A stretch of DNA of 49,715 bases from Octopus sinensis (Eukaryota): the NCBI RefSeq assembly GCF_006345805.1, contig NW_021834318.1:1-49715 (forward strand). The letters run 5' to 3'. This document shows positions 12,600 through 25,299 of the stretch, in pieces. Within the stretch, counting starts at the first letter, position 1. The number at the start of each line of letters is the position of its first letter. Below the pieces are notes generated by a model. The model searched no databases. It saw only the letters and a list, made by a program, of their open reading frames with translations, and was not told the origin of the DNA. Both the position numbers and the translations under genes were made by a program.

Positions 12600-13905
12600 T
12601 CTGCATCTTTGTTACAGTCACTTGCCGAGACACACCCAGTGTCCTGGGGTAGGTAAAGTATAAGAGATGCTCCAGTATGACCGAAAGCTTGGAGAGGGGA
12701 AGTAGCGAAATACCTTCATATAATACAACACATGCATTTAAACGGATAGGGGTTTTCTAAAGATGTGGGCAGTACTTGTCAGCACAATCTTTTGGATTTC
12801 TCTGTGACATGGTTCTTCTGGGATTTATCTAGATGTTTCTGACATCCCTTTTTTGTCATATCTAGGGTACTTACAATAACAGGAACAGTTCTCGTTTTAA
12901 GATGCCACATCTTTTGTGTTTCAATTTACAGGCCTTTATATTTACTTAGTTTGTCAAATCCCTTTACAGATATATTTTTATCAGTGGGAACACTTACACC
13001 TATTGGCGTACAAGTCTTTTCTTCACTGTCTTTAATAATTATGTCTGATCAATTAGCTTGGATCGTTCTGTCGGTGTTGACTGGAAAATCCCAAAGGATT
13101 GTGACATTTTTACCTTCTACGACTGGCTCAGGATGATGTTCTTACCAGTAAGTAGGAGTGCTGAAAATATGTAGTATTTACATATTTTCCAATGCAAATA
13201 CTGTCCTACCCTATCGTGGCGCTTTTTGTATTCGTTTGGTGTCATCACAGGACTTCCCAAGACGAGATGGTTTACTGTTTCGTCAAGTGTGTCGCAAAAC
13301 CTGCATTTAGGGTCAGAACCGTTTTGAAGAACGTTAACCTGGTAGTTTTTTGTAAACAAGCATTGATCTTGTGCTAGCAATATGAAACCTTTCGTCTCTG
13401 CTTTAATTCCTGAACTTCTCAGCCACTGATAGGTTGTTGCTTGGTCTACATCAGCATATCGACTTCGAAGTACATACTGTCCATGCAGAGGATTCTAGCT
13501 TCACCGCTCCTCAATTTGTTTCTGTCCGTTCTTTCTTGCAGTCTGCTTGATCCATTTTGCTTGTCGTGTGGCAGTCAGTGGTTTCAGGGTCTTCATCTAT
13601 CTCAGTGTTAATGCAAGTTCCCTTGCAAATTTGCAAGCTTCCTTGACAATAGAATGTGATTTTTTTGCTGCTTTGATTGTGCTTCTGGGTGGTGCATGTT
13701 CTTAGATGTTAGTAATTTTGTTGTTTTCCTCTCCAGGCGTTGGAACTCGGCAAGATTCCAGTTAATGATGTTAAAACTGTATTGGATTACTAGAAGTGCC
13801 AGGGTGTTAATGGCCTCGATGCGAATTTTGGAGATGAGTTCAGTTTTTCGTATGAGTCTTACTCTCCTGTTATACTCCTCTCTTATTTTTTCTTTCGTAG
13901 TATCA
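12600..13905 (-). mobile_element. Decayed R4/Dong-clade non-LTR retrotransposon, C-terminal part (zinc knuckle and restriction-like endonuclease)
   Basis: KEKIREEYNRRVRLI..IEAINTLA..IQYSFNIINW; KCRFCDTLDETVNHL..YKKRHDRVGQYLHWKIC; ILWDFPVNTDRTIQAN..KLSKYK..TVPVIV; ends TAHIFRKPLSV*. Contains stops and frameshifts; bordered by TAA/TCA repeats. Confidence 0.85.
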
Positions 13906-14991
13906 TCATCATCATCATCATCATCGTCGTCGTCGTCATCATCATCTTCATTATTATTATTATTATTTGGCTCACATAATGTGAAGATGTCATTTTGATT
14001 CTTCTTTCGAAACATATTGTGTTCAAGTATTATCAAATGAAATTTTCTTTGGAGCGCTCATGACCCACAAAACAGGATCAACCATCGATTCTCGGGAGAA
14101 GATAAAAGTAAACAAGGTGCTCCGCAAACTTTTTAAAATTCTGTTTCCACACATTACCATGTCTAAAATGGCTACTGCACACAATTATGACAGACGACAA
14201 AACACTACAATAGCTAAATAAGGAACACAAAATCAAAAACACACAACAGAAAATGTACACGAGAAAGAATAAATGATTAATATACAGAACGATTATTAGA
14301 AGAAAAGATCTCAAACACTCAAGTAATCCGAAAGATAGCGTGAGTAACAAAACCACCACCACCACCACCAACAACAACAACAAGAACAACGCCTACACCA
14401 CCACCACCATCACCATCAACAACATTAGTCACACCACCATTACAAATAGCAGTAGCAACTCTTAGACGATTCCAAATACTTGCGGTTCCTTCAAATAGCA
14501 GCTGTGTGAAGATAAAACTTCCTTCAGTGCAAAATGAGCAGATAGAGAGCCAGAAGGGATAAATGTTGTGGGAAATATTTTGTTTGAAACATCGACATTC
14601 TTTTGCCACTGGAGATAAACCAGAAAAAGGCGAAGAGACAAATTCCGTATCTCTGCTTACCATACGACGGAAATGGATAACATGTTTTCCCCTCACATCA
14701 ACTCCGACTACAAAAACCCTCCAGGACATATCGAGAGAAATTAACATTAACTTAACTGAAAAATGCAAACGTTGTGAATGGTACTTACTCTCTGCTGAAC
14801 CATTGAAACTGGAAGCGCGAGGAAAATACATGCTGAAATTCTCAAACATACCTCTGATTCAATCTATGGCTCAATCTATGGCTCAATCTATGGCTCAAAA
14901 ACATAGATTCAATATATGTTGACGCATTAATAGCTGTACTAATAGACATTATTATATTGAAGAAACATAAGACTTGTCAGTCTGCCTTATG

Positions 14992-15223
14992 TACCTATTT
15001 CTTTACTACCCACAAGGGGCTAAACACAGAGGGTACAAACAAGGACAGACAAACGGATTAAATCGATTATACCGACCCCAGTGCGTAACTGGTACTTAAT
15101 TTATCGACCCCGAAAGGATGAAAGGCAAAGTCGACCCCGGCGGAATTTGAACACAGAACTTAACGGCAGACGAAATACGGCTACGCATTTCGCCCGGCGT
15201 GCTAACGATTCTGCCAAGTCGTC
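14992..15223 (-). mobile_element. SINE family A with 14-bp target-site duplication
   Basis: TCTGCCTTATGTAC at 14981-14994 and 15222-15235. Confidence 0.92.
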
Positions 15224-16109
15224 TGCCTTATGTACTGGCGGACAAAATGGAAAAGACGTTTCTCGGAGGATGGTGATAGAGACGCACTGGAATAACCATT
15301 CTGAGCCACGGTACTCGCACTTGCAGATAACTGTGTCTGCACCAATAGCAGTGAGAGGGGTGTAGTTGGAAGGCCAATAACGCCGGAGATCTTCACTTCC
15401 ACAGGTTTGACCACAAATCTGTCAGAGAGCAGCTGATACTTTGACGATTCACATTAAGAAATATTGGCTGACGTGGACCTCCCATGGTTAGTAGCGATTT
15501 TTGTGTCGCAGTATGGGAGAATAGTGAAAGCAGACTTAAAGATGGTTGACATGTGATCAGAGGATGTCAAAATGGACCTGTAAATCCTAATGATGTCCGA
15601 TGGCCATAGGGACATATCAGAACTATGTTCATTAGAAGGCACGAAAAACAAAATATTTGGGGGTTGATGATACAGGACAGAAAACCTAGCTGGTATATTA
15701 GTTAAAATAGAACGCACTTTAGATCTGGATTCCACGAAGAACTGAAAATATAAAGCAAAAACAATAAAAGCGAAAATAATGAAACTCACCAACATCAACA
15801 ACTAAAAAGAACAATAAATCCCAGTTTTCAGAGTACCATCAGTCAAAAGTGGGGATAGCAAAAGAAATATATTTAGGCCCAGTTTCAGAAATAGATGAGG
15901 AAATGCTTCGTCACCTAAGCGTACCAACCTTTAGAGCTGCGTCTTCATCATGTAACAAAGGTCGAATGATTGTTTAGACATTCGCTTATAGTTTCATAGA
16001 AGCGCAAGTTCTTGTTGACGGTTGAGACGAGTTCGTTTCTAAATCCAGATGCGAACTTTTATTTAAAACTATTGCAAATTCACCACGTTTTTGTTTTTTT
16101 TCCTGACAA

Positions 16110-16460
16110 AATGTATTTCAGTTTCCATCTACCAAATCCACTCACAAGGCTTTGGTCGGCCCGAGGCTATAGTAGAAGACACTTGCCCAAAGTGCCACGC
16201 AGTGGGACTGAACCCGGAACCATGTGGTTGGGAAGCAAGCTGCTTACCACACAGCCACTCCTACGCCTATATATATATATGTATATACATATATACGACG
16301 GGCTTCTTTCAGTTTCCGTCTAAAAAATCCACTCACAAGGATTTGGTCAGCCCGAGGCTATAGTAGAAGACACCTGCCCAAGGTGCCACACAGTGGGACT
16401 GAACCCGGAACCATGTGGTTGGTAAGCAAGCTACTTGCCACACAGCCACTCCTGCGTCTA
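16110..16460 (-). mobile_element. Two tandem 5' halves of SINE family B
   Basis: ~16110-16270 and ~16290-16460 both match the head of the 5814 copy. Confidence 0.85.
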
Positions 16461-16744
16461 TATATATATATCGTGTAACATTACGTAACACTTAGTAGCA
16501 TTATAGGCTCCTGGACAAAACATTGCACTGGATCCTATACTATGAATTCATTGACAGCAAGCAACAGCATAATAAATTATAGTTGTGTCCCTAGACCCAC
16601 GAGGCCCCTAGTCAATTGTTCAGTGTACCCATGCGTTAAGATGTAACTGAAAATACGACATCGTGTTGAATACTCTCAGGCTAACGCATCGCTTTCTTCA
16701 GGCTTTCGTGCATAACCGTTATTGCTTTGTTCCACCATGACAAT

Positions 16745-17418
16745 TATCATGTATATATTTCTTTATTGCCTACATGGAGCTAAACATAGAGGCGACAAAC
16801 AAGGACAGACAAAGGGATTAAGTCGATTACATCGACCCCAGTGCGAAACTGGTACTTTATTTATCGACCCCGAAAGGATGAAAAGCAAAGTCGACCTCTG
16901 CGGAGTTTGAACTCAGAACGTAACGACAGACGAAATACCTATTTCTATTTCTTTACTACCCACAAGGGGTTAAACACAGAGGGGACAAACAAGGACAGAC
17001 AAACGGATTAAGTTGATTATATCGACCCCAGTGCGTAAATGGTACTTAATTTATCGACCCCGAGAGGATGCAAGGCAAAGTTGACCTCAGCGGAATTTGA
17101 ACTCAGAACGTAGTGACAGACGAAATACTGCTAAGCATTTCGCCCGGCGTGCTAACGTTTCTGCCAGCTCGCCTCCTTCAAAGAATACCTATTTCTTTAC
17201 TACCCACAAGGGGCTAAACACAGAGGGGACAAACGAGGAAAGAGAAACGGATAAAATCGATTACATCGACTCCAGTGCGTAACTGGTACTTATTTAATCG
17301 ACCCCGAGATGGATGAAAGGCAAAGTCGACCTCGGCTGAATTTGAACTCAGAACGTAACGGCAGACGAAATACCGCTAAGCATTTCGCCCGGCGCACTAA
17401 CGTTTCTGCCAGCTCGCC
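16745..17418 (-). mobile_element. Three tandem SINE family A copies
   Basis: Units at ~16745-16935 (partial), 16937-17173 and 17186-17418. Confidence 0.88.
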
Positions 17419-17639
17419 GCGTACATATGACTATGCATGTATAATTCTTTAGCGGGAATAGTGTTGGCAGTGAATTCGAAGTTTTTCAGCATGCTAAGAA
17501 GCTTCCATCGGTCTGTTCTATCTTTGGTAAAGAATAATAAATTCACACTCAAGAAATAATATCGAGTAATCCTTCAGTTTAGTGTAAAATTGTTATTATA
17601 ATTTGAAATAGAAACAACCAATAGAACACACACATATAT

Positions 17640-17708
<69 letters not shown>

Positions 17709-18219
17709 TGTGTGCGTGTGTGTGTGTGCGCGTGTGTGTGTGTGTATAGATATGCATTGTGACTACAGAGAGACTTGGCTGACGTTTCTAGCTGGTCGAT
17801 CGTCTGTATAAATTACTCACTCTCTCATTCTTTGGCTTGACTTCAAGTATTATCCAGATAAAATGTGACTCAACGCAATCGTGTCTTGAATTAGTGGTCC
17901 TTTTAAAATATTCTACAGACAGGAAGTCTGCATACTGATTCAACAATTTTCAAGCCATTGGATAAAATAATTCTATTAAAGGATGCAACTGGGTTTTGGA
18001 GACAGCAAAATCCAAGTGGAATGGTCGGGCATGTTTACACCCGATTAACATATTACATTCTAGTTAGGAATAACCTTTTATTCGTAGTTGCCAAATTAGA
18101 TCACCAGAGATTACATGATGCGTATAGTATGGGTTAAATATATTTATATATGCACACATGTATGTGAGTGTTTATTTTATGCGCAAGTGTTGTATCTATG
18201 TGCATTTAATATATATGCA

Positions 18220-18224
18220 CACAA

Positions 18225-18313
<89 letters not shown>

Positions 18314-18401
18314 GCATACACACATATGACTGCTTGTATGCATATTTATATACACACACATATACACGTGTTCGAAGTTGTTCATGTGTATGTATATATA
18401 T

Positions 18402-18474
<73 letters not shown>

Positions 18475-18590
18475 ATATATAATATATATATATATACATA
18501 CATGCACACGCACATCTCTTTCTCCATATATATATATATATATATGTATATATTTATCTATCTATCTATGTGTGCGTGTGTGTGTGTCTG
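18220..18590. repeat. (CA)n/(TA)n microsatellite field
   Basis: Seen directly. Confidence 0.9.
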
Positions 18591-18614
18591 TGTGTGTCCG
18601 TCCTTATCTTTCAT

Positions 18615-18960
18615 CTCTTACTGGTTTCACTCAGAGACAGAGGCCATGCTGGGGCACTGCCTTTTAGTGCAATCTGTCTTCTTTCCTGTGTTGTTTCTGG
18701 TGAAGTAGCGAGTTCGACGGAGTTGCTATTCTTTGTGTCCCCTGCGGCGATGTGGGTTCATCTGATTTCTCAGATAGAAATTTGTGCAGATATTCCTTGA
18801 AAAACCTCCGCATGTACATCTCGCTGAGGTTGGCAGAATGCTGAAAGGTTGCGGGCTCTTGAAACTACAGCTGTTACGGTGCTGGGTCCTTATGTCTCGT
18901 TGTGGAAAGCGGGATCTTTGGTACTCTACACGTGCCGTTCACTAAGGTGTTTGGTATATC
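18615..18960 (-). mobile_element. Old 3' fragment of CR1-type LINE
   Basis: Minus strand TCRVPKIP...KFLSEKSDEPTSPQG..SNSLLHQ followed by GTGCCCCAGCATGGCC tail, homologous to the other CR1 ends. Confidence 0.7.
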
Positions 18961-19020
18961 TCCCAATTTATATATAATACAGTAATATCACAGTGGCGAA
19001 AGATTGTAATATTTAATCCA

Positions 19021-19560
19021 AAGGCGGCAAGCTGGCAGAATCGTTAGCGCGACGGGCGAAACGATTAGCTGTATTTCGTCTGCCGTTACGTTCTGGGTTC
19101 AAATGCCGCCGAGGTCGACTTTGCCTTTCATCCTTTCGGGGTCGATAAATTAAGTACCAGTTGCGCACTGGGGTCGATATAATCGACTTAATCCGTTTGT
19201 CTGTCCTTGTTTGTCCCCTCTGTGTTTAACCCCTTGTGGGTAGTAAAGAAATAGATATTTCGTCTACTGCTACATTCTGAGTTCAAATTCCGCCGAGGTT
19301 GACTTTGCCTTTCATCTTTTCGTGGTCGATAAATTAAGTACCAATTACGCACTGGGGTCAATATAATCGACTTAATCCGTTTGTCTGTCCTTGTTTGTCC
19401 TCTCTGTGTTTAGCCCCTTGTGGCTAGTAAAGAAATAGATATTTCGTCTGCCGCTACATTCTGAGTTCAAATTCCGCCGAGGTCAACTTTGCCTTTCATC
19501 CTTTCGGTTTAATCGACTTAATCCCTTCCCTTAAATTTGAGGCCTTGTGCTTCCAATAGA
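19021..19560 (+). mobile_element. Tandem array of SINE family A (one full, two 5'-truncated)
   Basis: Repeating TTCTGAGTTCAAATTCCGCCGAGG...GTAAAGAAATAGATATTT units. Confidence 0.85.
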
Positions 19561-19795
19561 AAAAAAATACTTTGTCCATCTTTTGGGCATGACAAAATAA
19601 GTACCTGTTGAGCACGTGGGTTGATGTAATCGATTATCCCCATTAACTGAACTTGCCGACCTTGTGCTAAAATTTAAAACCAATATTACGTGAAAGTTAT
19701 ATTAGGGGTCGTGCTTATAGCGTGAATATTCAAGATTTTGATGGCTTTCCTTGCATCAAATATAAAGTCGTTCTTGCAGCGTCTAGTAATGTCTC

Positions 19796-20229
19796 TTTTA
19801 CTCTGTTACTCTATTACTCTTTTACTTGTTTCAGTCATTTGACTGCGGCCATGCTGGAGCACCGCCTTTAGTCGAGCAAATCAACCGCAGGACTTATTCT
19901 TTGTAAGCCTAGTACTTATTCTATCGATCACTTTTGTCGAACTGCTAAGTCACGGTGACGTAAACACACCAACATCCGTTGTCAAGCGATGTTGGGGGGG
20001 AGGGGTCAAACACAGACACACAAACATGTACACACACATACATATATACATGTATACATATATACGACGGGCTTTTTTCAGTTTCCGTCTATCAAATCCA
20101 CTCACAATGCTTTGGTCGGCCCAAGGCTATAGTAGAAGACGCTTGCCCAAGGTTCCAGGCAGTGGGAATGAACCCAGAACCATGTGATTGGTAAGCAAGC
20201 TACTTACTACATAGCCAATCCTGCCCCTA
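19796..20229 (-). mobile_element. SINE family B
   Basis: Full-length reverse copy. Confidence 0.88.
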
Positions 20230-20278
20230 TATATGTATGTATATATATACACACATAAATATAATATACATATACATA

Positions 20279-20329
<51 letters not shown>

Positions 20330-20489
20330 CTCTTTTACTCATTTCAGTCATTTGACTGCAGCCATGCTGGAGCACCGCCTTTAGTCGAGCAAATCGACCC
20401 CAGGATTTATTCTTTGTATGCCTAGTACTTATTCTATTGGTCTCTTTTGCCGAACGGCTAAGTTACGGGTACGTAAACACACCAGCATT
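20330..20489 (-). mobile_element. 3' half of SINE family B
   Basis: Matches 19800-19980. Confidence 0.85.
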
Positions 20490-20524
20490 GAAACATTGCT
20501 ATTTCATTATCATTTTCAATAGAT

Positions 20525-20770
20525 TCGCGTCCTCGAATGTCTGCTGCCGCCGCCACACCGCCCGCCTTTTAGACGCGCTCCCTCGACGCCCGCGTCTGCC
20601 CGCCTCTTCACGCTCGCCGGTTCGTCCTCCCGCAATCGAACCGCTTCTCGTTACCGGCGAAGAAGGCCAGCGACTAGGTCGGCAGACGAGAGGGGCAGCG
20701 GCGATTGGCGCGGGCCCGCTGCAGCTTTTAGACTCGCCCGGCGCCCTACGCGTCGGTGGTCGTCGAATGT
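20525..20770. promoter_or_regulatory. Small CpG-rich, high-GC island; candidate promoter or first exon
   Basis: Abrupt GC/CpG-rich patch in AT-rich DNA; CCGCCC GC-box-like motif (~20548) and ATTGG (CCAAT on minus, ~20704); 200 bp upstream of the ZNF remnant. Confidence 0.35.
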
Positions 20771-20970
20771 ATTTACTTGTTACTTCTAAGTAGATAACTC
20801 ATTGCTGATTCTCACTTGGAGCATGGAACCTTGTCGAAGGTTATATCATGTTAAGGAATACTTGTTTTATTCCTAGTTAAGTAATTCTACTGTTTATATC
20901 TCATTAAGAAGGAATATTGGTGATATCCCATGTAATAAAATAATTTCTGCTTACTTGTCTTTTTATTCAG

Positions 20971-21390
20971 ACATAAATATATTCACATAGGAGAAAAATC
21001 ACACCATTCTGATATCTGTGGTAAATTGATTCACACAGAAGAAAAACCAAACAATTGTGATATGTAGTAAAACAGTTTCTGTTAGTGAGTTTTTATCTAC
21101 AAACCAAATTATTTACACACAAGTAAAAACATGTCATTGGGACGATTGTGGTATAAAATTCTCTCAAAAGTGATTCACACAGGGAGAGAAGTCATATGAC
21201 TGTGATATTTGCAATAATAAGCTTTCTGTCTTAATAGTAACTTATTGGTCCATAGATGTATTCATATTGGCGAAGAAACATACCACTGTGATATCTGTGG
21301 TAAAATTTTTCCTTTTAGTAGTTCTTCATCTATACACTGAAGAAAAAAAACTATACTATAACAATACCTGTGGTAAAATATTTCCTGTTA
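20971..21390 (+). pseudogene. Decayed C2H2 zinc-finger array exon
   Basis: TTTTTATTCAG acceptor, then repeated IHxGEKxYHCDICGK-type units with stops and frameshifts. Confidence 0.85.
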
Positions 21391-21800
21391 TCTATATATA
21401 TAAAACTGAGAATGTGTGTCTGTCTGTCTGTGTGAATCTCTAAAACTTGAGAACTACACAACCAATTTCATTCAAATTTTACACATGCCTTACTTAGGGT
21501 CCATGTAGTGTCATGGGCAAAAAAATGCCTAACTTCTTGCCATGGGCAAGCCCACAGCAATATCATATCTTCTCCACTATTTCAGTATTACTTGTTAAAA
21601 GTGAAACAAAAACATCTCTCTATTGTAATGTCAGATACTTTCACTTTAATACTGAAACTATTAAAGTCCAACTATTATATAAGAGGGATGAACCATTAAC
21701 AGTGGACATCCATTTTGCTAGAAGATCCACTATGGTCTTATATGCTACACCAATGGTTTTCAATTCATATTAATCAAATTAATATTCAATTTCTCACCCT
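21391..21800 (+). mobile_element. Probable non-autonomous Helitron-like 5' end
   Basis: ATCTATATATATAAAA start, then TGTCTGTCTGTGTG and AACCAATTTCATTCAAATTTT, a layout typical of non-autonomous Helitrons. A similar block occurs at ~22600-22760. Confidence 0.45.
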
Positions 21801-22017
21801 TATTATCTTAAATTTAAATTTAAACCCAGGACCATGTGTTTTGGAACGAAGTTTGTTACCACACAGCCACACCTGCACCTATGTATGTGTGTATAGCTGT
21901 ATATGTATACATTTATTTCTATATATATATAGATGTATATGTATATGTGTAGATGTATATATATATATAGATAGATGTACATGTAATATGTACACATATA
22001 TTCACATATATACATGC

Positions 22018-22053
<36 letters not shown>

Positions 22054-22069
22054 ACACACACACATACAT

Positions 22070-22400
22070 AGGTGCAGGTGTGGCTGTGTGGTAACAAACT
22101 TTGTTCCAAAACACATGGTCCTGGGTTCAGTCCCACTGTGTGATGATTTGGCATGTGTCTTCTGCTATAGACTCAGACCAACCAAAGCCTTGTCAGTGGA
22201 TTTTGCAAACAGAAACTGAAAGAAATCAATCGCATATATATATGTATGTATATATTTAAGTATATGTGGATGACTTTGTTTCTGTGTTTCACTCTCATCA
22301 CTGCTTCACAACTGCTGTTCGTTTATTTACATCCCCATAACTTACTGGTTTCACAAGAAGAAACTAATAAGTACCAGGCTTAAAAAAAGGCACAAGGCTG
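22070..22400 (+). mobile_element. Diverged SINE family B
   Basis: GCAGGTGTGGCTGTGTGGTAA head and GGTTCAGTCCCACTG B box. Confidence 0.8.
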
Positions 22401-22449
22401 TGTCTCATATTTTTGTTTGCCCACTCAGTTGTATCTATCAATTTATCTT

Positions 22450-22581
<132 letters not shown>

Positions 22582-24257
22582 ATATGTGTACATTCATATT
22601 TATTATATTAAAGACAATGTCTTTATCTGTTTGTGTATTACTTATACATTCGAAAACTGCTGCACTGATCATAATGAAATTTGGAACACAAAATCCAAGC
22701 CTAGGGAGAAGGGTAATGCTGTGTGTTTCATACAATTTCATGGACCAAAATTACTGAATGGATCCTTATGATATTTGAAACTTAGATTCAATGCATAAGG
22801 GTGGGTATAGTGCAATGTGTTTGGTTTGAATTTCAGATGACTTAAAGGGGGCAGAACTCCCCATGAAAATTCATAAATTTTCGATGTTGATGAAATTTCA
22901 ACCATGGGTAATTGACACACATCAAGAAGTGTTCTCGAAGTTTCCACTTCACATGAGGATTCTAAGACACCCTAATGGGGGCCTTAACTCCCAAATTTTA
23001 GTCATTTCTTTTATGATCCAAAACTAAGTCAAAAGTACTGAATGGATCTTTACAAAATTTGAAAATTATATTCTATGCATAAGGGCCATAACCCCCATGA
23101 CAATTCATATATTTTTGCTGTTGATGAAATTTTAACCATAGATATTAGATACAAATGAAGTAATATTTATAAAATTTCATCTTCTAACAAGTTAGAAAGA
23201 CCCTTTCATGGGGACTTAACACCCACAATTTTGTTATTTTATCTAAGCAAAGACGAATAGTTGTACTCTTGGAAGCTCTAGGGTTACCCGAGCATAAAAG
23301 TTGAGCATTATTTCTAATTCAATGGTACAACAGGGTAACAGTTTGCTTTGACATACACTTACATTGTGGTTTCTGCAATGTGCTGCATAAATTGTCAAGT
23401 AAATGAGAGGCATCTCTGCCTCCACTGATTCAGTTGCAAAGTGTTGAGTAAAGTTATTTGGTTGCAGTCCTCCTTTCAGTCTTTTTATTATCACTGGGTC
23501 ACACATAGTCCCCAGATGGTAACATTGATTTCAAGGCCTTCCCAGATGAGTGACTAGTTAGTCAAAGACATTTATAGATTGTAAATTTATTCTGTCCAGT
23601 TACATATCAGTATAGTGGTCATTTGCAAACTCCAGAGGTGAAGCTTTAATTTCTCCTTAGCCCTCACGTCGCACAGTTGTTAATGTTGATTTCAGTTGGG
23701 TCACACCCTTCCAATTGCTATAGATCCGTTATGCATCTTACGGCTGTGCCTGTCATCTGTATGGTGAGGGAACCTACATTGGAAGTGATAACAACTAGGG
23801 TAGGGTAGCTGACTGCTTATTGTGATCATTTGTCTTCTGGTTTCCTGTAGCTTTGCTCTCTTTTACAAACCCAGTGAACATACATATATTTCCTATTTCA
23901 AAGAAATTCAAACAATAGAAGTAAGACCCAAGTTAAAAAGATTCTCAGCAATTCAACTTCTCTGCTTGACATTAAAATGACCACCCCCAATAGAGGCTTT
24001 AACTCTCACATTTTAGAGCTCCATGACCTTCATTTTTCAGGAGCAAAATCCTTGTAACAGGTTCTATAAGACTGGAATTTTGGAATCTGCGCATAAAAAT
24101 CAGTTGTATGGGATACATGTGGCACGATTACAATTCTTCTAGGGTGTGTAAAGAGGGAAATAACCCTCATCTGCAATTTTGATGAAATTCGAAACATAGG
24201 TATTCCAGTTCATTTCAGAAAATATAACAGAAAAGTCTAATTCTTCAATTGTATGTA

Positions 24258-24287
24258 ACTCAGGCAACGCCGGGTAACTCTGCTAGT
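24258..24287 (+). mobile_element. Helitron-like 3' terminus
   Basis: Decayed hairpin CTCAG-GCAACG-CCGGG followed ~7 nt later by CTAGT. Confidence 0.45.
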
Positions 24288-24383
24288 TGCTTTATATTTT
24301 CTTATGCAGTATGGTACCACCAAATATTTAGCAAATATAATAAATCCTTCCATATTTTTTTTTTATTAGTGAATGCTTGCATA

Positions 24384-24870
24384 CATCATCATCATTGTTT
24401 AACATCTGCTTTCCATGCTGGAATGGGTTGGACAGTTTGACTGGGGACTGGTTGGCCAGATGGCTGCACCAGGCTCCAATCTGATCTGGCAGAGTTTCTA
24501 CAGTTTGATGCCCTTCCTAACGCCAACTACTCTGAGAGTGTAGTGGGTGCTTTTTACGTGCCACCAGCATGGGGGCCAGTCAGGTAGTACTGGCAACGGC
24601 CATGCTCAAATGTTGTTTTTACATGTCACCTGCACAGGAGCCAGTCCAGCGGCACTAGCAATGCCCTCGCTTGAATGTTGTTTTTCACGTACCACCGGCA
24701 CAAGTGCCAGTAAGGCGACGCTGGTAGCGATCACATCGAATGGTGCTTTTTACATGCCACTGGCACAGGGGCCAGTCAGTGGCCCTGGCAACGATCATGC
24801 TTGGATGGTGTTCTTAGCGCTCCATTAGCACAGATGCCAGTCATGCGGTGCTGTCATCGAATTTGATTTC
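24384..24870 (-). mobile_element. 3' UTR of RTE-clade LINE with (GAT)n tail
   Basis: Homologous to 26418-26830 and to the reverse of 29900-30180. Confidence 0.75.
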
Positions 24871-25299
24871 TGAATATTTTTGTCACACCTCTGTAACCTC
24901 ATCATGAGTTTTTATAAACAATTGTCTTTTGCAAGTGTGTGTGTGTGTGTGTGTCTGTACATGCTTCTCTGTTCGTGTGTCATGATGACAAAAAGTTAGA
25001 AATCTAGCTATATAGATAACACTGAAATTTACTGAAAGCAAACACACAGAATGAGAGAGGTAAACAGTAAAAGGGTACAGAAAGAACAACACATACTCAG
25101 AGAGAGGGAGAGGGTTCCATTTTAACTGTTTCAGTTATATTGGTTTCTGTTTATGTGTGTTTTTCTTCATATGGAGAAGGGACATGTTTCTATCAATTGG
25201 GTTCATTTTTAATACACTCTAATATCTCAGTCTGTCTGTCTCTCTTCAATATATATATTTTTGTGTGTGTGTAGCACTTTACTGTACCTTCATTGAATT

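Noticed and set aside
14563-14922. 119-aa ORF ending QSMAQSMAQSMAQ
   Set aside because: No recognisable domain; the repeat is a 12-bp tandem duplication.
23243-23560. Possible PIF1 helicase C-terminal remnant on minus
   Set aside because: Similarity to PVILLRNL/GLCNGT motifs too weak to assert without a search.
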